A stretch of 62,332 bases of DNA, filler included, from Nemertoderma westbladi (Eukaryota > Animalia > Xenacoelomorpha), in the NCBI GenBank assembly GCA_032718475.1. It is 4 parts of 4 records of this genome, joined end to end, with 100 filler letters (N's around TTAATTAATTAA, not from the genome) between each part and the next. Parts side by side here need not be neighbours in the genome. Positions count along the whole stretch, not along the records: positions 1 to 20,497 come from JAUCBJ010006682.1; 3 more parts are not named here. The stretch is one strand, 5' to 3'. Shown one piece after another: positions 1 to 14,143 of the stretch. A program made the translations under genes and the position numbers. The notes below the pieces were generated by a model, which saw only the letters and a list, made by a program, of their open reading frames with translations, was not told the origin of the DNA and searched no databases. The stretch's first letter is position 1. Each line of letters opens with the position of its first letter.

Positions 1-394
1 TACTATCATTACGTCAACTTCAAGGCAAAACCCCCTAAGTCGATTTTTTTCGATTTTCATGTTTTTGACTTTTTGGGTAATTCGATATCGGCTTTTTCAT
101 CTGGCAGAACCCCGAAGCTTTTCTACCAGCCATTTTTGAGTTGTAAGCCAAAGACAGTTCCACGTAACTTATGCCCACTTCGAGGCGGAACCCCACAAGT
201 AAATAATTGGCTTGCAAAACACCGTAAATTCAAGTATAAGAAATTCAGTCCACCTGGCAAAACCCCTTAAATCAGAAATAACAACCTGCAAAACCCCTTA
301 AATCAGAAACAATAACCTGGCAAAACCCCATAATTTATCATTTATATACTGGTTTTATTGCGGCCAGGACACAAATATTATTTTGATGGATACA

Positions 395-2330
395 GGGATG
401 GATACACAAACATTAATGGGGGATACAAACATTAATGGGGGACACCAACATTAATGAGGGACACAAACATTAATGAGGGACACACACATTAATGAGGGAC
501 ACAAATATTAATCAGGGACACTAACATTAATCAGGGATACAAACATTAATCAGGGACATAAACATTAATGAGGGACACACATTAATCAAAGGCACATACA
601 TTAATGGGGGACACAAACATTAATGGGAGACACAAACATTAATGGGGACACAAATATTAATGAGGGACACAAACATTAACGAGGGACACAGTCATTAGTG
701 AGGGACACAAACATTAATGGATACACAAACATTAATGGGGGACACAAACATTAATGGGGGACACAAACATTAATGAGGGACACAAACATTAATGAGGGAC
801 ACAAACATTAATGAGGGACACAAACATTAATAAGGGTCACAAACATTAATGAGGTACACTAACATTAATTAATGAGGGACACAAACATTAATGAGGGACA
901 CAAACATTAATGAGGGACACAAATATTAATCAGGGACACAAACATTAATGAGGGGCTCATTAATGAGGGACACAAACATTAATGGATACACAAACATTAA
1001 TGGGGGACACAAACATTAATGGGGGACACAAACATTAATGGGGGACACAAACATTAATGGGGGACACAAACATTAATGAGGGACACAAATATTAATGAGG
1101 GACACAAACATTAACGAGGGACACAGTCATTAGTGAGGGACACAAACATTAATGGATACACAAAAATTAATGGGGGACACAAACATTAATGGGGGACACA
1201 AACATTAATGGATACACAAACATTAATGGGAGACACAAACATTAATGAGGGACACAAATATTAATGAGGGACACAAACATTAACGAGGGACACAGTCATT
1301 AGTGAGGGACACAAACATTAATGAGGGTCACAAACATTAATGTTGGACACAAACATTAATGAGGGTCTCAAACATTAATGTTGGACACAAACATTAATGA
1401 GGGTCACAAACATTAATGTGGGACACAAACATAAATGTAGGACACAAACATTAATGAGGGACACTAACATTAATGGGGGACACAAACATTAATGGGGGAC
1501 ACAAACATTAATGAGGGACACAAACATTAATGAGGGACACAAATATTAATCAGGGACACTAATATTAATCAGGGATACAAACATTAATCAGGGACATAAA
1601 CATTAATGGATACACAAACATTAATGGGGGACACAAACATTAATGGGGGACACCAACATTAATGAGGGACACAAACATTAATGAGGGACACAAACATTAA
1701 TGAGGGACACAAACATTAATGAGGGACACAAATATTAATCAGGGACACTAACATTAATCAGGGATACACACATTAATCAGGGACACAAACATTAATGAGG
1801 GACACAAATATTAATGAAGGACACAAACATTAACGAGGGACACAGTCATTAGTGAGGGACACAAACATTAATGAGGGACACAAACATTAATGGGGGACAC
1901 AAACATTAATGGATACACAAACATTAATGGGGGACACAAACATTAATGGGGGACACCAACATTAATGAGGGACACAAACATTAATGAGGGACACAAACAT
2001 TAATGAGGGACACAAATATTAATCAGGGACACTAACATTAATCAGGGATACACACATTAATCAGGGACACAAACATTAATGAGGGACACAAATATTAATG
2101 AGGGACACAAACATTAACGAGGGACACAGTCATTAGTGAGGGACACAAACATTAATGGGGGACACAAACATTAATGAGGGACACAAATATTAATGAGGGA
2201 CACAAACATTAACGAGGGACACAGTCATTAGTGAGGGACACAAACATTAATGGGGGACACAAACATTAATGAGGGACACAAACCTTAACGAGGGGTTCAC
2301 ATTAATCAGGGGCACAAACATTAATAGGGG
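395..2330 (+). repeat. ~20-bp minisatellite (GACACAAACATTAATGAGGG), roughly 95 copies with higher-order variants
   Basis: Directly visible tandem units; the variant cagtcattagtgagg recurs periodically. Confidence 0.95.
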
Positions 2331-2932
2331 TCAATGGTTGCCAATGGATATTAATATGAGCGATGGTGATGCTTGCCATCAGACGATCAGATATTAAGTG
2401 ATTAACTGAAAAAATACTACCATGGGAACGTGAGCTTCGATCAAAGTAGCGCCGCTTTGTATACATTCCATCTTCCTAATTAGATGGAAATTAATTGAAA
2501 GCGACGTTCGGTTACGTTGTTCAGTTTTGTTCTGTTTTGCTGCTACCCCCCCCCCCCCCCCGGCTGTTATACCCCCATATTTTCAATTTACCTCCTACCA
2601 CCACCATTCATGTTACCCCCTCCCCCCTCCCCCCCATTCCTGTTTCCCCCTCATGTACATTATTTTTTTACTCCTTCCCTTATTAGTAACAACATCGTTT
2701 ATTGTTTTTGTTAGAAAAACCATCTCTGTAACCTGATCCTTTCCGTCAATTGGTAATAACATAGTTTATTGGTTTGGTCAGATTAATATGTTATTATTAA
2801 TTGTTGTTATTTTATTGCTTGACAGTAATGAGAATTGTAATACTGTAATATATTGTATGTGTATGGGTGGTAACAGGAATCATACTAAGTGCGATGGGGG
2901 ATAACATGAATGGAATGGAATGATAGTGCCTA

Positions 2933-3295
2933 TGATTAATGTTTGTGCCCTTGATTGATATATGTCCCTCGTTTATTGTTTGTGACCCTCATTAATGTTT
3001 GTGTATCTCTTTAATGTTTGTGTCCCTCATTAATAAGTCTGTACCTCATTAATAATTCTGTACCTCATTAATGTTTGTGTCCCTCATTAATGTTTGTGTC
3101 CCTCATTAATGTTAGTGTCCCTCAATTAATGTTTGCGTCCCTCCTTAATGTTTGTGTACCTCATTAATGTTTGTGTCCCTCATTAATGTTTGTGTCCCTC
3201 ATAAAAGTTTGTCCCTCATTAATGTTTGTGTCCTACATCAATGTTTATGTCCCACATTAATGTTTGTCCCCCTGATTAATGTTTGTCCCTTAATG
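2933..3295 (-). repeat. Same 20-bp minisatellite in inverted orientation, more degenerate
   Basis: ccctcattaatgtttgtgtc is the reverse complement of the 395-2330 unit. Confidence 0.9.
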
Positions 3296-4562
3296 AAAGT
3301 TGCTATAAGTTACTCTAAGTTGCCGGACGTTTTGTACAATTTGGTCAGCAACTAGCAACTTCATTTGAGTAAGATTAACTTTTAGTCTCCGTTATATGAG
3401 GCATCTTTTACAGCAACAAACTTCGCGTTTACATAGAGCAACTTGATCGGCAACCTGACATGCTCACTAAGTTGCTGATAGAGTTGCTCAAAATGTTGCC
3501 ACGTACTGTAGAAAAAAACAGTCTTTAATTATTCGTCATGACGTACTGTAAGTGAACTTTACTTTAACGTAGCTGTAACCCTGTAGCTAGACTTTGTTCT
3601 TACTGTAGAGTACCACCCATGGCTATATTTAGTACTTAGAGTTCCGCTTGCTTAAATCTAAATTTTTTTCTTATAGTTCTGCATTTGGCTACATTTTGTT
3701 CAATTTGTATTGATACATGATTCTAACTACAGTCCCGTACTTATTTTAAAAGCAATTAATACCAAAATATCAAAAACTTATGGAGCCCTATAGAATTTTG
3801 AATTCAAAAATTTCCAACATGTGCGCAAGTGTGTTAGCTGTATTGTATGTGCTTATTTGTTATTATTGCGTTCACAGGTAATACTAACACCTGATCATGT
3901 GCTAGTTAACATGTTAGATAGCACTTATTAGCTAATAACAAATGCGCACATGTATTACGTGCGCACTACGCACTAAATTATTAAGGACGTACGATACGCT
4001 TTGGCTAGTATTTAATATATTTTGCCTGTTTTTTGTAAAAATTCGGACTTATGGTGTTTTGCCAAATTGAGGATACCTTGTTTTCTAGGCAATACCCCGC
4101 AACTATCGTATAGTTACGGGATAATACCAGAAAACGGTGTTCCCCCTTGTTTTGGCAAAACACCACAAGTCAGAATTAACAAAAAAAAAACCTCAATATA
4201 TTTCAAAGGTGATTCTAAATTAAATTGAAAGTTTAGTTATATGAATTCTATATATATTTAGTTGTCAAAAAACACAATAACAAGTAAACTGAGGCATCTC
4301 TCTAAAAAATAAACAGTTTTTATCGATTATCTCATAACTACAAAAATCGACTTGGGAGGTTCAGCCTTGAAGGTGACGATTAGATATCACCCATCTATGA
4401 TTATCTTTGTTGATGGTTGAAACTTCCTGCCAAAGGTTGTCCTCAAAATTTGACCTCAACAGTCGTGCAGAATAAGTTCATCGAATGATTTAAGTGATTA
4501 AATCCACTCCATCCAAATGAAAATAGAACCTCAGTAGGCCTATCATATTATTATAATTAAGT

Positions 4563-4767
4563 ATAATCCTTAATAAAAAAAATATAAAAAATAATCCTAA
4601 ATGAAAAAAAATAAAAAATAATCCTAAATAAAAAAAAATAAAAAATAATCTTAAATAAAAAAAAATAAAAAATAATCCTAAATAAAAAAAAATAAAAAAT
4701 AATCCTAAATAAAAAAAAATAAAAAATAATCCTAAATAAAAAAAAATAAAAAATAATCCTAAATAAT
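4563..4767. repeat. AT-rich ~29-30 bp tandem repeat (AATAATCCTAAATAAAAAAAAATAAA), ~7 copies
   Basis: Visible tandem units. Confidence 0.9.
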
Positions 4768-6558
4768 ATTTTAAGATTTTATATTAAATTTTTTTTTTGG
4801 AAGAAATTGTCACTAAGATGTGCTCAACGAATATGAAACCACTCAATTAGTTCCCCAAATTATCAGATTATGTTTTAGTTTTTAAAGTGGGTAACTTGAC
4901 GCAAAATTATTGTCTACAGTTACTTTTAGAGCTAATTTTAGAGCTAATTTACCTTTTGAGTTATAATATGTAATTTGCGAAATACGACGATACTGTAATT
5001 GTTAAATCAAAATGAAAATGGTGTATGCTCGCCCAAAAGCGAAAAGCTAAAACTTTGTACTCCGTGGATGAATGAAAAGATTTCGATTAAAGTTGTTAAA
5101 TAACACCCAATTCAATTTATCTATCAAATTATCTTTCAAAAAATGATTTTTAAGTTTTCTACTCCAGGTTTTCTACTCGGCCGTCTGTCAAATAAATAGT
5201 TATTTCACATGCTGTTACATTGTAGTTACAAGCATTTTAATTATCAGCTTTTTAATACAAAATTGATTGATATTTTTAGATTGTATTTTTTTCTGGAAAA
5301 CCTAAATAAATTAAGCCTACGCACGCAATTCGCTAATAATGGTCTGAATTCAAAAAATAAGATAAAATCGCCATCCTGGTCTCTAATTATAGTTGAATTA
5401 CTGAAAAAAGATTCCCAAGGTGAAACCTCATTAAATTCACACCAACCTATGATGGTGTCTGTCTGCCATAACTTGGAAATTACAGCACACCCATTGACTA
5501 CCAACCCATCTGTTATTATTACTTTATCCCATACGTCCATATTAATTTCACAAAGACATCTCAAAGTCAAATACTTATACGTTTCCTTGATATAAAGTGT
5601 TATGAATGATTATAAATCACACATTTTTAGTTTCTTGGGAAGTGTATTACTATGTTATTTTTCGCATAATACTATTTAATGAGGTACTACTCTAATATTA
5701 CACTCTGTTAGTTAGAAGTTAAAAGCAGAATTCATATAATAGTTTACTTGTAATTTAAATTTTAAATCACACAGTTTGCCGTATCCTTTCATCTCACTAG
5801 GTTCAGCATTTTAAATTTAGTTATTAACAGTAAAATGAAAGGCCGGTGGCACAGCCAATATTGTCAATGCGAATGGTGTGCAATAATTTTTTATTTAATC
5901 ACATCTTCACTATTATACATTCTTTATAATGAATTTCAACCAATCCGTGTGTAAGGTACAAGTACATCATTATTATTTTACCCATCATGCGGGTAAGGGG
6001 AAAGTAGAATTAATTAGATGGTTTCAAAAAATTGTTTTGCAATTTTTATTCCGTAAGAATAATTATTGTAATTCCCATTTCTGCTCAATAAGCCAATTAA
6101 AGGGAACAAATGAATCGAAATAAATAGCGTTGAAGTGTAGTACTAAGCAACAGCCAATAGTTACTGAGTTGGCTTAGAAATATTGTGGATGTGGCCAATG
6201 GGATCAACAGTTGCCCACCAAATTCAGCTTTTGCGATTTTTGTAGAGAGGACCTTTAAAAAAAGAAGCCATTTCATATATTTTTTTTCTAAGATAAAAAC
6301 GTAATAGAGTAATACGAAATATTAAAACAATTATTTTATTTTCTATATATTTTATTTATTTACTAGTTGTTATATTAATATAGGGGTTGCTGGCTCTATA
6401 TATTTGACTTTAGGGCTGCCCACTAAAGCAATTTCTCTACCCCTCACGCTCACATGAACTCTTCTATCGCTTCTAGTTATTTATTATTATTTGTTTTACA
6501 CATTATTATCATCACCAACTGCAAATAATAATATATATAATATGTTATAACATATAAT

Positions 6559-6989
6559 ATGATGTATTTCTCATTGAATAACACCTACAACTTCGAAACT
6601 TTCATCTACACAATCCTCAATGACAGTAATGCCTCTTCCACTACAACAGCTTCCCCCTCACTGTCTGGAGATAATTTCTCTATGAGACTAAACCTCGGCG
6701 TCTGGGGATTCGCCTACGGTTTAATCACACTGGTAGCCGTCTGCGGCAACGCTATGGTCTGTTGGCTCATACTCGCACACAGTAAGATGCGAAGCGTAAC
6801 CAACTTCTTCATATGTAACTTGAGTGTATCTGATCTTCTAGCGAGTATATTCTGTATCAACCCAACCTTCTACTCTGCTGTGGTGGGCTACTGGGTACTT
6901 CCTGCGTTTCTCTGTCCTGTTACGATATTCCTCATGGGTGTTACGGTGAACGTCAGTATTTTCTCTTCCATTGCAATTTGTCTGGAAAG
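6559..6989 (+). CDS. First coding exon (N-terminus to TM3) of a rhodopsin-class neuropeptide GPCR, tachykinin/RYamide-receptor-like
   Basis: N-glycosylation sequons (NNT, NDS, NAS, NFS); TM1 GN motif (AVCGNAMV); KMRSVTNFFICNLSVSDLL; TM3 ending in ICLER. The GT donor (gaaag|gtgaga) splits the Arg codon of the E/DRY motif, a common intron position in this receptor group. Downstream exons not found in this contig. Confidence 0.9.
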
Positions 6990-8369
6990 GTGAGAATCGG
7001 TAATTAAATTATTGATTTGTTCTTAATTTTAATACAATTTAGGTGTTCTCCATTAGTAAAGAAAGAAAAGTAACTCCAATCCTTTTTTAGAGATTATTGT
7101 TGCATACAAGCTAGTAAAATTTGATTACAACCTTAATCATCAATAGAAAAATATTTTATGCTCATTAAGACAGAGAATGCATGTTCGCCACATTCGGTAA
7201 TCAATCCTCCACAGCCCTTCCTCTCTATAAAATGATCAATAATGATCGATACTGATCATTGTACAAAACCATAAAAAATAATTAAAATCGAAGCAAATAT
7301 ATATGGAGTGTTCTTTTATTATTGCATCGGTAATAAATAATTAATTTTATAAACATCGCTTTCCTATAAATAATTAACATCCTAGAAAATAAATTCGGGT
7401 TAAGTTCGGTTAACAACACGTGGCAACGTTTATGGCAACTTGTTCAGCAACTAACAACTTAATTTTGAACAACTTAGCTTATTCGCTGTGTAAACGAAAC
7501 GTGGCAACGTTTTTTACAGTAACTTCGTGTTTACACGGAGTAACTTATTCGCAAAAAAGTATTGATGAGAAAGTTTTTGCTAAAAAAAAGTTACCTCGTG
7601 TGAAACGGTTTTACATTCCTATCGTAAAGAAACAGGCCTACATCACGATTTATAGTTATTTAATTACTAACGGTGATTTAACATGATTAGTCCAGGGTTC
7701 AGACATACAAAGCTACTTACAAGCCCAATGAGTTCGCATACTAAAAAACTTATTGGAACTATTAACATGTTGGCATCTTACATAAATGATGGATTAAGTA
7801 ATATATAGCTACTTACTGTATAACATTATGTATTCAATACGTCTGCATGCATGAATATAGTCCTGGTAATTTAAATATTAAATACTAAAACACCAATATC
7901 TGTAACTGATATTGAATATATTTTATGTTTGAGAGTTTGGCTTTAATCATGAGTTGAACTACTGTAATCATAATGTAACTAAATTGTTATATACCGGTAA
8001 ATTAATTAGCGCAATCTTCAAAGTCTTAACACGTTTTCAAATCCTCATCCTATATTTCATTCATTAACTTCGTTCCTTTGTGAAACCAAATACTGGATCA
8101 GAACCATGTAAAGTAATACTTTATACACAAAGTATATGTAACAGATTTTTATACATTCTGCGTATAAAGTGCATGAAAGCAAAATAGACAACTCGCCATT
8201 GGCACCCATATGCTAAGGCTTCGTTCACTTCGTGGCTCGCCCCACACCATGTCCTGGAATATAGTGTCGTTATTCAGGTATCTGCCCCCCCCCACAAATT
8301 TTTCTACAATTCTTAATGAGATTGCATGAAATTTGAAACAGAGTCAGTTTCACCTCCCTCCTCCTTGCT

Positions 8370-11300
8370 CCTTGCCGGCCACTAGAGGCCAGTGGAATTA
8401 CCGGACACAATCGGCCTCACAGGCGTCAGTTATCTCCTGACCGGCTGCCTGTCTCACCCCCTACTGGAGAGAGAGAAGCCAACAATTCTTTGAGTCCCTA
8501 TCCTGACGACCTTTCTGGCCCAAACCCTGGGTCACCAGGGAGGCCAGATTGTGAGGGGGAGAGGGATTCTGGAGTTGGAGACTACTCTCATGTTCCACCC
8601 CGACCAACAAAGCCATTGGTGAATCTGAGGCATGTCACTAGACTACCTCAGTAAACACCGTAACACTCGGGTCCCCAATGCGACAAGGGGAGCTGACTGC
8701 CTTAGCAGATAAGCTTTCTCTTAGCGCAGTGGGTGTTCAAGAGCACCGATTGCAGACTGGACAGACTGATGAGGTTCTGATTAAGGACATGGGGGGCGGT
8801 TGGCGACTCGCCCTCGCATCAGCAGATGATAGTGGCAATGGTGCTATTGGTCTATTGATGAATCCAACTGCACATGCAGCATTGGACAAAATAGACCAAA
8901 TCTCTAACCGCATCCTCCGTTGCCACTTCTCATGTTCTGGAAGATTGGCTAAGAAGTTTCCTAAGGTGGTTCTGATTGTGTGCTACTCTCCAACTAGTGT
9001 TGTCCCTGTAGAGGAAGTGGAAAATTTCTACCACAATCTACAAGCAGCTACTGATGGAGTGGATCAGCATGCATTCTTAACATTCCTGGGAGTCTTTAAT
9101 GCAAGTCTGCATCAATCACCTACATCGCCCTGGGTCTATAGCAATAGTGTTAACCGAAATTCCGTCCATCTTCAGGATTTTATCTCTGAAAATGGATTGT
9201 TTTCGGCTGGAACCCAGTTCAAGAAGCGAACTGGAAAGCTATGGACTCATAGTGGACCCAGTGGTCACAAGTCCCAGATAGACCATATTCTGTTTCGTAG
9301 GAAGTACAGGAGCTCTATACAAGACTGTAATTCGACCATTCTCCAGTGATCACCGCCTTCTTGTGACCAAGGTAAGACTTAGTCTGCGTGCTAGCAGAAA
9401 AACGAAATCTGCCTTGCCGCGGCATGACTGGTCCTCTCTGTTGCAACAGCCAAGTGTGAGATCCAGCTTCATACTACAGCTGAGCAACAGGTATGAGGTT
9501 CTTGCCTCTTGAGGCGGCAGATCACTGTGAGGGCTATACTGCCTTCACAGAAGCAGTTAAGTTAGCAGCTGCAGAAACAGTTCCTCGTATACCCTCGAAA
9601 CAGAAAAAGGGCCCCCTGGACTGACAACAAAATCCAGAAGTGCCGAAATGACCTATATAAGGCACAGCAAGAGTCCCGACTCAAACAGACTACAGCGGCC
9701 AAGAATGCAGTTAAGGCTGCATCTAGGTCCCTGAACAGGCAGTACTCTGTTAATCTACAGGAGCTAATAAACCAACAGGTTGATACCATCAATGATGCTG
9801 ATGACAGCAGGCAATCATCCCAGGCATGGAAATCAATCAACTTGCTTACTGGGCGGAAAAGCCAACCAACCACCAAGGTTAAGGCTGAATCACCAGCCGA
9901 TCGCCTCAATGGTTGGAAGGCCCACTTTGAAAAGCTCCTCAATAATGACAGGGTATTGCCTGATAACTTTATTGAAGTAAAAGTGTCTGAGTCAGTACTC
10001 CCAGATATTCCCATTGGCGATATCTCCTTTGCAGAAGTGAATGCTGCTGCAAAGAGCATTAAGACCAATCGTGCCAGTGGAGTAGATGGTGTTCCCCCTG
10101 AGGTCTTTAAAATACCTGAGTGTTTAAAGCTCATCTATCCCATCATAGTAGACATGTACCGAACAACAATAGTCCCACAAGAAATGAAAACAAATAAGTT
10201 GGTGCCAGTTCCCAAGAAGGGCAACCTAACACTCTATGGTTCTTTTCGGGGAATATCATTGATCTCGATTGCTGCAAAGCTATACAATAGAATTCTATTA
10301 AATCGCATCAGGGATCCCATTGAGAGACTGCTCCGTGGAAATCAGAATGGGTTCCGTAAAAGTCGTGGGACCATGGAACCCATTTTGGCACTTAGAAGGA
10401 TAATTGAAGAGTTATCAAAAAAGAAAGACAGGCATCTGGCTGTTATCTTTGTTGACTTATTCAAGGCCTTTGATTCAGACTCCCGCTCACGTATGTTCAG
10501 CATACTTTCATTATATGGGATTCCTGATGAAATTATTGCAGCAATCAGCTTTCATCATCAGATTTGTGTCTACTGTTGATGGTGACACAGAACCATTTGA
10601 AGTGTTATGGGGCGTCCTCCAGGGAGACACACTTGCACCATTCTTGTTCATAATTGTGGTTGACTATGTTCTACGCATGTCCTTAGATCATCATAATGAT
10701 GATGGGGTGATGATAACTCCACCTACTGGCTCCAGAAGTCGATGAAATCCTGCCAAGTACCTAACTGATCTAGACTTTGCTAATGACTTAGGAGTACTCT
10801 CAGAATCACTAGAGGGAGCCCAACGGCTCCTCAGCTCATTAGAACATGCTGCTTCTAGTGTTGGTCTTTTTATTAACTCCAGAAAGACCAAAATTTTGAC
10901 AGTTAACTTTGAAAGTTCTCAGCAAGTCTCTGATCGGATGAGCATAAGCTCAAAGGATGGTATGCTTGAGCATGTGGACGACTTCTGTTACCTGGGATCA
11001 TGGATCCGGAAGTCAGGGGAGGACCTTCGAATACGTAAGGGAAAGGCATGGGCAGCCTTGAATAGGCTTTCCAGGATTTGGAAGTCACCGAGAATTAATC
11101 GTAAACTTAAGGTCCGATTATTTAGAGCAGCAGTAGTTCCTGTACTCCTCTATGGGAGTCCATGCTGGGCTCTAACTGCTGAGAATGCTACGCCGGGTTC
11201 ATTGTGTCAAGTACAATGCACACATCTCCAACCAGACACTATATAACATTGGAGGTATCTCATTGGTTCCCCCAAGCTTGACACTAGAACAAAATCGCCT

Positions 11301-11559
11301 CCGGTTTGCAGGACATTGCTTTCGCCGTGAGGACCAGCCATTGCATAATCTTGTACTTTGGCAGCCTCATGGAGTGAATAAGCATGGTGGACAGCCCATG
11401 ACTTTCTTGAGACGCATCTTAAAGGACACTGGCTTTGAAAATGCGGATGATCTAGCAAATGTCATGGGTGATAGGGAGTTGTGGCGGCGCAATTTTGTCG
11501 ACAAGCCGGCACAGCATTCTTAAAAATGCAGCTGCAATGCAGCATGCCGATACTAGTAG
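8370..11559 (+). mobile_element. RTE-clade non-LTR retrotransposon (APE endonuclease + RT), decayed by stops and frameshifts
   Basis: APE motifs GVQEHR, VCYSPT, SQIDHILF. RT motifs QNGFRKSR, IFVDLFKAFDS, GVLQGDTLAPFLF, FCYLGSW. C-terminal RLRFAGHC..WQP motif and short TAG-type tail. Apparent 4-bp TSD TGCT (8366-8369 / 11560-11563). Confidence 0.9.
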
Positions 11560-11895
11560 TGCTGGGTGAGCCAGAATTTTTATTTTCGTTTTCATTCTTT
11601 AGCTACAAGCGTTTGAAAAAGGTGTCTCTGGCGATATTTCACAGGTCACAGAGCAATCATTCTTCACCCTTATAGTGATTTGATGGTACCAATAGAAAGC
11701 TGCCCATGTAAGGATTCCAAATATGTAAAAATATTTGAATTTGGTTGGGAAATACCTGAGAAATGGGCATTCGAATGTTGCATGTATTTGCTTCCCCTGC
11801 AGGCCATCTATTCTATTTAATTAATGTACCATATTCTAGAACATTTTGTTTATTACATACATAGCTGGGCAACAATGCAATACCTCTTTAATTAT

Positions 11896-12257
11896 TACTA
11901 GGATCGGCATGCTGCATTGCAGCTGCATTTTTAAGAATGCTGTGCCGGCTTATCGACAAAATTGCACCGCCACAACTCCCTATCACCCATGACATTTGCT
12001 AGATCATCCGCATCTTTCAAGGCCAGTGTCCTTTAAGATGCGTCTCAAGAAAGTCATGGGCTGTCCACCATTCTTATTCACTCCATGAGGCTGCCAAAGT
12101 ACAAGATTATGCACTGGCTGGTCCTCACGGCGAAAGCAATGTCCTGCAAAGCGGAGGCGATTTTGTTCCAGTGTCAAGCTTGGGGGAACCAATGAGACAC
12201 CTCCAATGTTATGTAGTGTCTGGTTGGAGATGTGTGCATTGTACTTGATACAACAAT
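11896..12257 (-). mobile_element. 5'-truncated 3' end of the same RTE LINE family, antisense, with 11-bp TSD
   Basis: Near-identical reverse complement of ~11205-11557. Flanked by TCTTTAATTAT at 11885-11895 and 12258-12268. Confidence 0.9.
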
Positions 12258-14143
12258 TCTTTAATTATAGCATTACGTAGCTATTCATAAATAAACAAAA
12301 TGTTCTAGAATATGGTATTTTTATTTAATAGAATATAATAGCCTCATGCAGATGCAAAACCTTTGATGCAACGTATTGACGCGCATATCTCAGCTATTTC
12401 CCAACCAAATTCAGATTATGTTACATATTTGGAATCCTTACATGGTCAGCTTTCCATCAGTACCTACAAATCTCTATAAGGTTGAAGAATATCAGGAGTG
12501 TAACTGGTGAAATATCACCGGAGACACCTTTTTATAAACGCTTGTAGCTAAAGAATGAAAGTGAAAATAAAATTTCTGGCTCACCCAGAAAGGAGGAGGG
12601 AGGTGAAACCGACTGTTTCAAATTTCATGAAATCTCAAGATTTGTTGAAAATTTTTTTTTGGGGGGGGGGGGGGAGGTACCTGAATAACGACACTATATT
12701 CCAGGACATGGTGTATTAGAATCGAAAGTTTTGACTTTTTTAAACAGTTTTGTTTGTAACGCTGATGATAACGTTTTTATTAAATATTCCAGAATATTTA
12801 TCAACAACATTTTCCTTAAAGTTTCAGAGTATTTAGTAAACTTACCACTGAGTGTTTATAAAGACTTCAGGTATATTAACTGGTTTTAATTGTTTCAACG
12901 AAAGGACAGTGTAAATAAGTCCACGATAAAGCCCAATATAACATTATGTTTATACAAATTTGGACTAACGAGCTACAATTACCCATAAAGCGACCGTTAT
13001 GTTTACACATACAGTAACACACTGTTGGTATCTTCCCTTTTTCTGTGCTTCCGTGAGCGCAAAAATGGTAATGACGTATAAAACAACAAGTCCTTTTGAT
13101 TTGATTTCATTATTACTGTATTTTAGAAGAACTGTTCTAAATGATTAATAAAGTAACCATAGATATTTAATATAAATATCTGGAAAGACGTGTTCGGAGA
13201 ATATAAAGAGTTTTGGAAAATAATGATAAGTTTGACCACTTACTTGGAAAGTTTTGTCTTTAATTTTCAGTCCAATAATTACTTATTGAGAAAGTTAATT
13301 TTATTGGACAAGTGACTCATTGTTACCATCGCGTTCATTTAATGCAGAATTCCAAGCCGATTGACCGAATTTCCGTTGTCGATTTTCCTTTCAACAATTT
13401 TTGGCAATTATTACTCTACTCACAATCCAAGATTAACTATTCAAAAACTTTTCACTAAAAGTACTCGTGCATTCGAGCTATACTTATTGGATAAACGTAC
13501 GCACATATCCACCCTAATACTTCCTAACCTAATGGCAGGTTCTATAGCTTCTCACATATTTAAATATTATTATATAACATCAGAAAGGCGTGGTTCCATC
13601 CCTTAAAGAGGATCATGGATGCAAATATCTGCTGATTAATCCCAAAAATAAAACGGTAACCTGTTCTATTGACTTTAGTTTATTGTTTTAGTTGGAAAAA
13701 CGTGCCACTGTAACCTGCTCCTTTCCCTTAATTGATCATTGAATATTGAGACGAGATATTTATTCGCCGAGATGGGATTTGCGTCCAGATTCCCTCCCTG
13801 ACTCAATAAAATACCGGGTATCATTACAATATATACAATGATGGCGGTAATAGTGGAGGATTCCACAGAACGGATTATTAATAATTGGCATTCTTCACGG
13901 TAACAACTTTGTTGGATAAACATTGCCCCGGTGTGGGCTGCTCAGCTGTATCGATGGTTTCAATCGACAGGTCGTTGCTTTTCTTTACAATGAATCTTCT
14001 TTTCGATTTCTTTTAAATCAGCAGGAACTATGACTTCAGTATAACTTATATAACTAATTGACAGTGTCTAAACATTGCATTATAATCCCCCCACGGCGAT
14101 AACATTTATCATTGTGATTGTCTATTAGTATCTTCCATGTATA

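Larger units (their letters stand above)
12..4378. mobile_element. Non-autonomous foldback-like DNA transposon with imperfect ~40-bp TIRs, subterminal GGCAAAACCCC motifs and internal inverted minisatellite arrays
   Basis: Left end cgtcaacttcaaggcaaaaccccctaagtcgattttt (12-48) matches the reverse complement of the right end aaaaatcgacttgggaggttcagccttgaaggtgacg (4342-4378). ggcaaaacccc-like motifs recur at 100-330 and 4050-4165. No transposase ORF. Confidence 0.7.
8245..12713. mobile_element. Palindromic Tc1/mariner-like MITE (~0.9 kb, termini CACCATGTCC...GGACATGGTG), interrupted by two LINE insertions
   Basis: caccatgtcctggaatatagtgtcgttattcaggta at 8245 is inverted at 12678-12713 and followed by TA. 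The inner arms (11564-11880 and 12270-12640) are inverted repeats. Same family at 14144 and 53673. Confidence 0.85.

Noticed and set aside
5209-5595. Overlapping 128-aa and 108-aa ORFs
   Set aside because: No recognisable motif or convincing splice context; AT-rich.
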